Positions 26,760-33,671 of a stretch of 38,695 nt of DNA are shown in pieces. The notes under the pieces are model-generated. The model saw only the letters and a list, made by a program, of their open reading frames with translations. It made no database searches and was not told the DNA's origin. Numbering within the stretch: position 1 is the first letter of the stretch; the number at the start of each line of letters is the position of its first letter. Source of the stretch: a virus (Duplodnaviria > Caudoviricetes); IMG/VR virus record IMGVR_UViG_3300012167_000007, positions 1-38,695 of that record. One strand, written 5' to 3'. The position numbers and the translations under genes were made by a program.

Positions 26760-27105
26760 TGGGGATCTTCCTGCGCAGGTATTCCATCGTCTCGGGAGGC
26801 GCGTCCGACAGGTCGATCTTCGTCGCCTCGCCGCCGTCGAGTTTCAGGCCCACCGCGCCGAGGTACACCTTGGCCGCTGCGGGCGCGGACTTCTTGCCGC
26901 TCTTGGCGTCCTCGCGCATCGCCGCGACGACCTTGCACACCTCTTCTGGCGTCTCCTGTTCCTGAATGGCTGCGCGTAGTTGCGCTAGGTACTTGTTTAC
27001 GCCAGTAGGGTTGCCACTCTGACCGGCCTTCCACCCCTCGGCGCCGGCCTTGAGGTTCGGGTGACCCGGCTGGCCGACGGTTGCAGCAGCCGCGGTGTCA
27101 GCCAC
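26755..27105 (-). CDS. terS: Terminase small subunit (GQSGNP motif)
   Basis: WKAGQSGNPTG; directly upstream of TerL; SD AGGAAG before GTG 27105. Confidence 0.75.
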   Translation of the reverse strand: MADTAAAATVGQPGHPNLKAGAEGWKAGQSGNPTGVNKYLAQLRAAIQEQETPEEVCKVVAAMREDAKSGKKSAPAAAKVYLGAVGLKLDGGEATKIDLSDAPPETMEYLRRKIPN

Positions 27106-27208
27106 GGCTACGCTTCCTGCGCCGAAGCCTGTTGAGACGCCGATTCGGCGTGCAGTACGGGCACTTCTCACCTCCGCACGTGGGCGTGAATGTCGGTTTG
27201 TCAGCCAT
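27098..27208 (-). CDS. 36-aa Cys/Arg-rich microprotein, not in the ORF track
   Basis: MADKPTFTPTCGGEKCPYCTPNRRLNRLRRRKRSRG; 8-nt overlaps with both neighbours. Confidence 0.6.
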   Translation of the reverse strand: MADKPTFTPTCGGEKCPYCTPNRRLNRLRRRKRSRG

Positions 27209-27824
27209 CGTCGCGCACCTCATCCGGCTCGACCAGCGCCCGGATCGCCGGCACCGCACGTGCCGCCGCGAGCATCTCCTTGACCTCTCCAGGTGCCGCC
27301 AGCGCTCGCTCCAGCAGCGCGAACACCAGCACCAGCGTCGTCGCGTCGCAGGCTGCCACCAGCGCGTCCACGTGCGTCTGGGGGGCGTCGTGGTATCGCG
27401 TCTCGACGGCGGCGACCAGCCGATGCACGGTCATGCGTCCGAGACCCGTGCGGCGCGACAGGGAGCGGTTGCCGACGCCAGCCGCGTACAGCGAGTAGAC
27501 GCGATGCTCGCTCGCCCAGCGCTCTTGCTCTTCGAGCGACGACAGCTCGCCCAGCCGCTTGAACCGCTGTCCCTCGTCGGTCAGCCGCGCTAGCACTGCA
27601 CGCCGCGCTTCGAGTCGGTCCGTTGCTGACGCGCGAGCGAACGCGCGCAGGCCGTCGAGCAGCTTGCCGCTGCCGCGGTTGCCGACCTTGATGCCGCCGG
27701 CGCCGTCGTCGTAGTCGAGCGGGCGCATGCCCTCTCGTTCCAGGCGCTTCTCCCAGGTGGTGGTGACGCCCTTTTCGGTCGCCACTTGCCCGCGAAACAC
27801 GAGGTACGCGGCGGGCGCGGTCAT
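27201..27824 (-). CDS. HTH protein, candidate late-transcription activator
   Basis: LYAAGVGNRSLSRRTGLGRMTVHRLV HTH; ATGA-coupled; just before the terminase genes. Confidence 0.6.
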   Translation of the reverse strand: MTAPAAYLVFRGQVATEKGVTTTWEKRLEREGMRPLDYDDGAGGIKVGNRGSGKLLDGLRAFARASATDRLEARRAVLARLTDEGQRFKRLGELSSLEEQERWASEHRVYSLYAAGVGNRSLSRRTGLGRMTVHRLVAAVETRYHDAPQTHVDALVAACDATTLVLVFALLERALAAPGEVKEMLAAARAVPAIRALVEPDEVRDDG

Positions 27825-28123
27825 GGCGGCCTCGGGCGCATCACCAGCCCGCGTCCCTCCGGGCCCTCGACGCGAACTATATCCCACAGCCGACCCCGCT
27901 GCTCGAATACGCCAAGCTTCGACGAGATGGCGAACGCTCGCCCGCCACATTGTCTCGCGATGGTCGTCACCGACGAGCCGATTCCGTTTGACGTCACCTG
28001 CAATGGCGACGCGAATACCCGAAGGCACGCCCGCCGCATCTGGTCCCGCGTGTACCGCGTCAGGGCCGACCCGCTCACTCGACGAATCGTCTTCACGATC
28101 TTTCGGGCGACGCGCAACTTCAA
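27821..28123 (-). CDS. Hypothetical basic protein
   Basis: TTG start overlaps the upstream stop; MKLRVARKIVK. Confidence 0.55.
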   Translation of the reverse strand: MKLRVARKIVKTIRRVSGSALTRYTRDQMRRACLRVFASPLQVTSNGIGSSVTTIARQCGGRAFAISSKLGVFEQRGRLWDIVRVEGPEGRGLVMRPRPP

Positions 28124-28461
28124 TGCGTCGTTCCCTTCGCCTCGGCCTCAGCTTCCGCTGCGATGTCGGCGATCGGCCGCAGCGCAACGCCCGCCTCCAG
28201 GTCGGTGCGCGCACCCTCGTACCCTTCGACCAGGCCCTGGCGGAACCCCTCCCAGTAGACCGGATCGTCCTTGTGCTCGCCCGTCTGCTCGAGCGCGATG
28301 CCCAGCGCCTTGTCGCGCTTCGACAGGCCGACGCCCATCTGCACGGCGGCCAGGCACTCGTCGATCTCCGCTCGCGACATCTGCCCCTCACCGAACGCGG
28401 ACAGCAACGCGGCGAGGTTCTTGAACCGGGGCGGCCTGGACTTCGGTCGCGGGATGCTCAT
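28120..28461 (-). CDS. Hypothetical protein, 113 aa
   Basis: MSIPRPKSRPP...YWEGFRQGLVEGY; first gene after a promoter. Confidence 0.65.
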   Translation of the reverse strand: MSIPRPKSRPPRFKNLAALLSAFGEGQMSRAEIDECLAAVQMGVGLSKRDKALGIALEQTGEHKDDPVYWEGFRQGLVEGYEGARTDLEAGVALRPIADIAAEAEAEAKGTTH

Positions 28462-28476
28462 CGGTGCGTGCTGATA

Positions 28477-28505
28477 AGTTGGCACCACCGCTATTCCGTT
28501 GTCAA
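28477..28505 (-). promoter_or_regulatory. sigma70-type promoter
   Basis: Perfect TTGACA at 28500-28505; weak -10 (CCAACT/CAACTT). Confidence 0.5.
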
Positions 28506-28765
28506 GGAACGACCGTAGGGCACACCCCGAGCTTTGGGTTAAGAACCAGACCCGTACGCTGTTGGTTGCAGAGGTTCATGCTGCTCGTACGCCGATCTCC
28601 CCGTGAGCTCGTCCACCGACTACCTGCCGCCTCCGAACGTCTCGGGCGACTCTCATCGGGGGCACGGGCGGCGACACGCCGCTGTCTACGTCTCGGTTCG
28701 CCGTGCGGCTGCCGAGCCGGGCCACCTCTGCCGGGCTTGCGCGTTCGGACGCGCCCGCCAAGCAG
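28506..28765 (-). other. Structured non-coding region of about 260 nt
   Basis: Largest intergenic gap; several GC-rich hairpins visible. Confidence 0.45.
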
Positions 28766-29083
28766 CTATGTCGTTGCCCTATCCACCCCCTTCCTCGAAA
28801 GCCTCTGAATCTCCGTCGCGATCTTGTGCTGCGTTCGCGACTGGTAGGCAGTTCGGTTGTTGGCGATGTACGTCTGGACCCGCGCCTTGACGCGCTCGGC
28901 GGCGGTAATCTTGGCCGGGAGGTAGTTCCACCCTTCCGCGAGCGCTTGCCCGACCTGGCTGTCGGTCATCGCGTCGCGCAGCTGCCCGGCAACACGCACA
29001 GCCTCATTGGGTAAAAGGCTGCGACGCACGATCACGCGGCGGCCGCTGTCGTAGATCCGGTACACACCGAACGCGCGCGTCAC
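28766..29083 (-). CDS. Hypothetical protein, 105 aa
   Basis: GTGA-coupled start VTRAFGVYRIYD. Confidence 0.65.
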   Translation of the reverse strand: MTRAFGVYRIYDSGRRVIVRRSLLPNEAVRVAGQLRDAMTDSQVGQALAEGWNYLPAKITAAERVKARVQTYIANNRTAYQSRTQHKIATEIQRLSRKGVDRATT

Positions 29084-29337
29084 GTCTTCGGCTCCCCAAG
29101 GGGTGCGTCGAGGCGGGCGAGCGATTGGGCGATGGCCGCAGCCGCGCCCCAACCACTGGCGTCGTTCGTGTCGCGCGTCTCCTGCTCCATGGCCAGGACC
29201 GCGCGCATCTCCGCGTCCAGGCGATCGGCAAGGGAGCGCAGGGCGGTGGCGGCCTTGTGATGCACGGGAACGACGTGGTAGTCGTGTGCGCACTCCAGTA
29301 GCCTGGCGGCCTCGTGTAGCGTCTCCCTCGCTGTCAT
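29080..29337 (-). CDS. Hypothetical protein, 85 aa (alternative in-frame start 29388)
   Basis: SD GGGGA before MTARETLHEAA. Confidence 0.6.
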   Translation of the reverse strand: MTARETLHEAARLLECAHDYHVVPVHHKAATALRSLADRLDAEMRAVLAMEQETRDTNDASGWGAAAAIAQSLARLDAPLGEPKT

Positions 29338-29384
29338 GGTCGTTCCCCGTCGGGCTTGCGCGTCTGTCCCACGGGCGGGGGTTC

Positions 29385-29684
29385 TCATTGCGTGCGCTTG
29401 CCTTTCGAGATGCCGTGATACTTGGCTGCGAGGGCGCGCTGCAATTCCTCTACGGGGATACCGTTCTGGAATCCGCACGCCGCCATCGCCCATCCCAGTT
29501 CGTCGAGCCACGGGCCAACGCCGAGACGGGTGGCCGCCTTCACAAAGACCGAGCAGAGTTCCTTCGCAAGGGATTCGCTCGTGTAGTCGCCGTCGGGCCG
29601 TAGCAACTCCTGGGTTCGCTTCAACTCGCCCTCAAGGCTGGCGACCTCGGCGGTCAGCCGCGCAATCGTTTGGTCATCGCTCAT
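29385..29684 (-). CDS. Hypothetical coiled-coil protein
   Basis: ATGA-coupled; LTAEVASL is shared with the 30874..31731 product. Confidence 0.65.
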   Translation of the reverse strand: MSDDQTIARLTAEVASLEGELKRTQELLRPDGDYTSESLAKELCSVFVKAATRLGVGPWLDELGWAMAACGFQNGIPVEELQRALAAKYHGISKGKRTQ

Positions 29685-30241
29685 CGGATGTCCCCGTCGG
29701 GCTTTTTAGGGTCGTATCCCGTGGGATGGCCAGCGGGGTTAGACCCTACAGATTCTTGCTGGGTCGAAGTCGGCTCAACATCCGGCGGGGTCGAAGCGAG
29801 GGAGCGGATGCGAAGCCCGAGCTTGCCTAGGTTTTCGGGAATGCCGACGCTCCAGTCGATATCCCAGGAGAACACCTCCTGTGCGCACGCCTCCACCGTC
29901 TTCGCATCAAGCCCACCGGCTAAATTCCCACTTCGACCCAAAACCTCAGGTCGGGATAGACGGTCAGCTTCGATGGCGGCGGTGATTGAGTCGCAGTACT
30001 TCGTGTGCCCGAACCGTTCGCCACACGAGTCGCCTAGGGCGTCGTGCGCCACTTCCCTCGCCGTCCGTACCGGGTCCAGCGTCGGGGGTTGGGACGCGAT
30101 GGCGGTGCGGTAGGCGGCGAGGGCGGCGGTCGCAACGTCGTGTGGGTCGCAGATTGATCCTCGACGCGCGCCGCGCCGCGGAGCCCACTCGCGTTCGATT
30201 CGCTCCAGCGCTTCTACCAGGCCCTGTTCATGGTGGGTCAT
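29681..30241 (-). CDS. Modular hypothetical protein (Ead/Ea22-like architecture)
   Basis: ALERI...ATAAL module plus two further modules joined by Pro-rich linkers. Confidence 0.6.
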   Translation of the reverse strand: MTHHEQGLVEALERIEREWAPRRGARRGSICDPHDVATAALAAYRTAIASQPPTLDPVRTAREVAHDALGDSCGERFGHTKYCDSITAAIEADRLSRPEVLGRSGNLAGGLDAKTVEACAQEVFSWDIDWSVGIPENLGKLGLRIRSLASTPPDVEPTSTQQESVGSNPAGHPTGYDPKKPDGDIR

Positions 30242-30332
30242 GGGGCCTTTCGGGGGTGCGCGGCGGGTTTAGCTTGCGCCAGCAGCGAGCGCATAGCAGC
30301 CGGGGAAGTCCGATGCCGCATAGCCAGCACAT
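30228..30332 (-). CDS. 34-aa Zn-finger microprotein, not in the ORF track
   Basis: MCWLCGIGLPRLLCARCWRKLNPPRTPERPHDPP; TGATG coupling with an SD. Confidence 0.6.
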   Translation of the reverse strand: MCWLCGIGLPRLLCARCWRKLNPPRTPERPHDPP

Positions 30333-30508
30333 CACGTCACCTTCCGGTCTTGGTTGGTCGAAGTCGTTGCGATATCCGGTGGTGCACCGACCGATTCCAG
30401 TGCGTATTCGACGCAGTCACGGCACGGCCTGTCACCCTCGGCGTTGATGCAGTCCGCGAAGTTGTGCACGCTGGATGGATTCCCACTTCGACCAGAAGAA
30501 TCTTCCAT
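30332..30508 (-). CDS. Small His/Cys protein, 58 aa
   Basis: HNFADC and CRDC; TGATG coupling; SD GGGGAG. Confidence 0.6.
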   Translation of the reverse strand: MEDSSGRSGNPSSVHNFADCINAEGDRPCRDCVEYALESVGAPPDIATTSTNQDRKVT

Positions 30509-30696
30509 CACGTCTCCCCGCGTTGGGGGCTCGGGTTGGCTAGGTTGCGCTTGGTGCATTCGGCGAACCCGGTGTCTCGGAGCATCTCCTTAAGCTCCTC
30601 CGGTGTTCCTCGCGCGCCGCACAGTCGGCACACGAGCTTGACGCCTTCGCGCTTGAAGCGATGCCCGCTTGCCAGTTCCGCCTCGGCCACGCTCAC
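30508..30696 (-). CDS. Small His/Cys protein, 62 aa
   Basis: GHRF...CRLCG...C; GTGA coupling. Confidence 0.6.
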   Translation of the reverse strand: MSVAEAELASGHRFKREGVKLVCRLCGARGTPEELKEMLRDTGFAECTKRNLANPSPQRGET

Positions 30697-30881
30697 GGCT
30701 GCCTGCCTTTCGTTGCGTTCCCGGGGGTGCGCCACGGCATGAAGTTGGACGGGTAGCGGCGGCGAACTTCGGCCGCGCGCTGGAACTCGCGGATCGCCTT
30801 CGCCATCCGTGACTCACCCCAGAACTCGAACGGCACAGGCGGGCAGTGGCCCGGGATGTGTACGGACATTCGGTTACACAT
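30693..30881 (-). CDS. Hypothetical protein, 62 aa
   Basis: SD AAGGA before MCNRMSVH. Confidence 0.55.
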   Translation of the reverse strand: MCNRMSVHIPGHCPPVPFEFWGESRMAKAIREFQRAAEVRRRYPSNFMPWRTPGNATKGRQP

Positions 30882-31731
30882 CGGTCGTTCCTTTCGCTGT
30901 CGCCGTCCCGGGGGCTGGGTGAAGGCTGCGACCGGCGTCACGACAAGCCTCGGAGCAATGGACCGGCCCCGCATTCCAGTTCTTTCCGTCCTTCGCGTAC
31001 CACGCACGGGTTTTCACAAGATCAACGCTTCGCGTCCCGCACCAACTCGCGCACACGCCTGATTCCTTGGGTCGAGACGGGGTCGTATCAGGTGGGGTCG
31101 GGGCGAGTGCGCATCCATTCGCGTGACAGTACGGGCCATCGTAGGCCATACCAGTGCACTTCCGCTTACACGTCGGGCACGTCCAATCGACGCGGTTTCC
31201 CCGCCCCACGGGGCTGACCAGTCTGGCCGCTTCGGCGGCGCCTAGACACGCCTCTGTGCAATACGACCGATTGCGTCGGCTCCAACTCTTCACGCCGAGC
31301 GGCTTCCGGGCTTGGCCCTGGCCACACCAGGTTTCGCACTTCGCTGGCGTCCCGCTGGATGCGGCGCCGGCTCCGACCAAAAGATTCTTAGTGGTCGAAT
31401 CCCCTGTCTCATCCACCGGTTCCGGTAGCCCTGGAGATGCGGGCCCAAGGGCAGCCGTGGCGATTTGCACAGGCTCGCCATAGGTGACGTAGTCGAAGTG
31501 GTCGAGGGCGGCGATGCGCTCCAGCGCTCCCCGTAGTCGCTCTGCCTCGGCACGGGCTGCGTCGGCATCGCCAAGAAGCCTTGCCACGGTGTCCCGTAGC
31601 CCATCCCGCTCCCTAGTGAGGCTGGCGACCTCAGCTCGCAAGCCAGCGATTAGGCATGCGTTCGCACCGTCCGGTACACCGGCGTGGAGGGCCTTTGGCT
31701 GACCGCAGGAACAGTCGGTCTCGTCTCTCAT
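30874..31731 (-). CDS. Modular Cys-rich protein with duplicated CxxWCG...CxEAC domain
   Basis: CETWCG..YCTEAC and CASWCG..HCSEAC, CPTC module, coiled coil with ALERIA. Confidence 0.7.
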   Translation of the reverse strand: MRDETDCSCGQPKALHAGVPDGANACLIAGLRAEVASLTRERDGLRDTVARLLGDADAARAEAERLRGALERIAALDHFDYVTYGEPVQIATAALGPASPGLPEPVDETGDSTTKNLLVGAGAASSGTPAKCETWCGQGQARKPLGVKSWSRRNRSYCTEACLGAAEAARLVSPVGRGNRVDWTCPTCKRKCTGMAYDGPYCHANGCALAPTPPDTTPSRPKESGVCASWCGTRSVDLVKTRAWYAKDGKNWNAGPVHCSEACRDAGRSLHPAPGTATAKGTTDV

Positions 31732-32477
31732 CGTGTCCTCCAGATTCCTCGCCCCGCATCTAGGCAGTGGGACTGCCGGGGATGTTCGGGGGCTGGCTCG
31801 ACGGCCGGTGTGAATTCAGCGTCGTGGTAGTTCATCGCCGTCGCGATTGCCTTCTCTGACATGCGAGTCCCGCCGCGCATGGGCTGCTCGTACGTCCCCA
31901 CGATACGCACCGACGTCTGCGCGGCAGCGACGATGACCAGCCCGTTCTCTCGACGGTGGCGGTACGACTCGAACGGATCGGCGTCGGTGAGGCGGTCGTA
32001 GTTGATCCAGTTGCGCCCGTCCCCGCTGACCTCCCGCTGGATAGGCCCCGGGGTTCGAACAACCACATCAGGCTGCGGGGGAGCTGCGTCGAGGAGGGTG
32101 AAGCTGTTCCACGAAATCATCGCATCGGAGAACGAGCCCGGGTGCCCATTTGAATCGATGGCTTCCCACCTGCCGCCCGGCGTTTTATTACCGGTGAACG
32201 TCCACTGCTGTGTTTTGCACCACGTGAAACGCTGGCCAGCCTTCCACGGTGGACCTCCCTTAGCGGGCTCAGCGTCCTGGGGTCCGAGGTAGACCCAGTT
32301 GGTGACGGGGCTGAGCATTAGCCGCGACCACCCCCACCATCCATTGTCGAATCTCGCCACGGGGCCAGTGGTTGCCCCGGGCTTGTCGGGCTCGATTTCC
32401 ACGACCTTCGCCGACTGGATGGTTCCCTCGATGGTCCAGAACTGCCCTACCTCAACTCGTGTCGGTCGCTCACTCAT
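31728..32477 (-). CDS. Modular hypothetical protein
   Basis: VGQFW and AGQRF short beta-domain starts; SD GGAGG. Confidence 0.65.
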   Translation of the reverse strand: MSERPTRVEVGQFWTIEGTIQSAKVVEIEPDKPGATTGPVARFDNGWWGWSRLMLSPVTNWVYLGPQDAEPAKGGPPWKAGQRFTWCKTQQWTFTGNKTPGGRWEAIDSNGHPGSFSDAMISWNSFTLLDAAPPQPDVVVRTPGPIQREVSGDGRNWINYDRLTDADPFESYRHRRENGLVIVAAAQTSVRIVGTYEQPMRGGTRMSEKAIATAMNYHDAEFTPAVEPAPEHPRQSHCLDAGRGIWRTR

Positions 32478-32742
32478 CTGAACCTCCCCGATAGCTGCCG
32501 TCCTCGTTGATTAGCCCGCTGCGAACCATCTCGGCGAACCGCTCCTTTGGGTCAATCTTCGCTACGTCCTCCAAGATGCGGCGAGCCTGCCCCGCCAGGT
32601 CACCGTCGGTTTCCCGTCGAGTGAAGTAACCGAGTATCCGACGACGTGTCGTGTGGGCGAACGGCTGGAGGATGGCGTTGATTGCCTCCAGGGCTGTTAC
32701 CTCGGGGTCATCGGCCATCTGATCCTCCTGGGGCTTCGTCAT
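32470..32742 (-). CDS. Hypothetical protein, 90 aa
   Basis: ATGA-coupled; DPEVTALEAINAILQPF..TRRRILGY. Confidence 0.6.
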   Translation of the reverse strand: MTKPQEDQMADDPEVTALEAINAILQPFAHTTRRRILGYFTRRETDGDLAGQARRILEDVAKIDPKERFAEMVRSGLINEDGSYRGGSDE

Positions 32743-32984
32743 GCCGCCGCCCGTTTCGCCGCGCCCGGCATGTTGGGCCACGCCGCTCGCGCCCGCGCCG
32801 CGCAGCTGCCGTCGCCCGCGCATTGCGTCCCGGCCTCGAACTTGAGCCCCGCCTCTTTCTGTACCTGGGCGATCGCGAGCCGCAGCGCGCACAGCCAGCA
32901 GCAGCCGTGGCCGCGCAGCCAGAAGCGCAGCTCGTGCATCCGGCACAGGCGGTCGGCCTCGGCGTGGTCGGGACGCACCGTCAT
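32739..32984 (-). CDS. Small Cys-rich protein
   Basis: CRMH and CCWLC; ATGA-coupled. Confidence 0.6.
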   Translation of the reverse strand: MTVRPDHAEADRLCRMHELRFWLRGHGCCWLCALRLAIAQVQKEAGLKFEAGTQCAGDGSCAARARAAWPNMPGAAKRAAA

Positions 32985-33340
32985 GCGGCACGCTCAGTCG
33001 CCCGTATCAGCCGGTACGTCAGCGGCGCGTCGCCGACACCGTCGCGCCACTCGGGCGCCTCGGCGTCCATCGTCGCGCACAGCTCGTCCCAGCGCGGAAT
33101 CAGCGCGGACCAGCGCGGCCCCACGGCGGCCATCTCGCCTAGCCGGTGCCGCCATTCGGGCACGGCCTCAAGCAGCAGTCGGCAGCGACGGAAGTCGGCG
33201 GGGTCGAACGGGACGGCGCGGCGAAATACACCGTCGGTCAGCGGTAGCCCGGTCATCACTTCGAAAATGGTCTGGGAGCTTGTGCCGCGCTCGCCGGTGC
33301 GCAACCACGCGACAGCGGCATTTGGGATGTCGAAGATCAT
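32981..33340 (-). CDS. Conserved phage hypothetical protein, 119 aa
   Basis: WLRTGERGTSSQTI and PFDPADFRRCRLLLEAVPEW; ATGA-coupled. Confidence 0.7.
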   Translation of the reverse strand: MIFDIPNAAVAWLRTGERGTSSQTIFEVMTGLPLTDGVFRRAVPFDPADFRRCRLLLEAVPEWRHRLGEMAAVGPRWSALIPRWDELCATMDAEAPEWRDGVGDAPLTYRLIRATERAA

Positions 33341-33489
33341 GGCTTCCCCAGCGGCGCGATCGGAATCCCCGCGCGCAGCATCGGTGTGAGGCCGATCCAG
33401 CACGCCGCGCACGTGTGCCGCCCGTCGGCGTCCACCATCGACGCGACGTACGTCGTGGAGTCGCACTCGACGCAAGGCTCTGGCTTCAT
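33337..33489 (-). CDS. 50-aa Zn-finger microprotein, not in the ORF track
   Basis: MKPEPCVECDS...HTCAACWIG; ATGA overlaps at both ends. Confidence 0.65.
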   Translation of the reverse strand: MKPEPCVECDSTTYVASMVDADGRHTCAACWIGLTPMLRAGIPIAPLGKP

Positions 33490-33671
33490 GTGACGTCCCG
33501 TTCGTAGATCCACGCGATGATGTCGCCGTACCTGAGGCCGAGCACCGTGTCGGGATACTCGCGGTCCTTGATCGTCGCGATGACCTCGCGCTGCACGTCC
33601 GCGAGCCCCGGGTACACCACGTCGATCAGCGGCGACCGGTGCTTGCGCAGACGGACCACGCGCTCACCCAT
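33486..33671 (-). CDS. Hypothetical protein, 61 aa
   Basis: Coupled to the helicase stop and the next start. Confidence 0.6.
   Translation of the reverse strand: MGERVVRLRKHRSPLIDVVYPGLADVQREVIATIKDREYPDTVLGLRYGDIIAWIYERDVT

Noticed and set aside
27201-28391. 396-aa version of the HTH gene, and similarly extended starts for the helicase (35754), ParB (36500) and RusA (4039)
   Set aside because: The extensions overlap other coupled genes; the ATGA or GTGA-coupled internal starts fit better.
29338-29385. c-di-GMP-I riboswitch-like words (GTGGGAC..GCAAGCC)
   Set aside because: Too short, and lacks the GGCAAAC/GAAA P2 elements and the P3 stem.
30929-30942. Sixth near-copy of the late motif (accggcgtcacg)
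   Set aside because: Only 12 of 14 positions match, it is inside a coding region and not near a late gene start.
29742-31399. CRISPR array or DGR template/variable repeat pair
   Set aside because: Repeats are degenerate and irregularly spaced; mismatches are not adenine-specific; no cas or reverse transcriptase gene.
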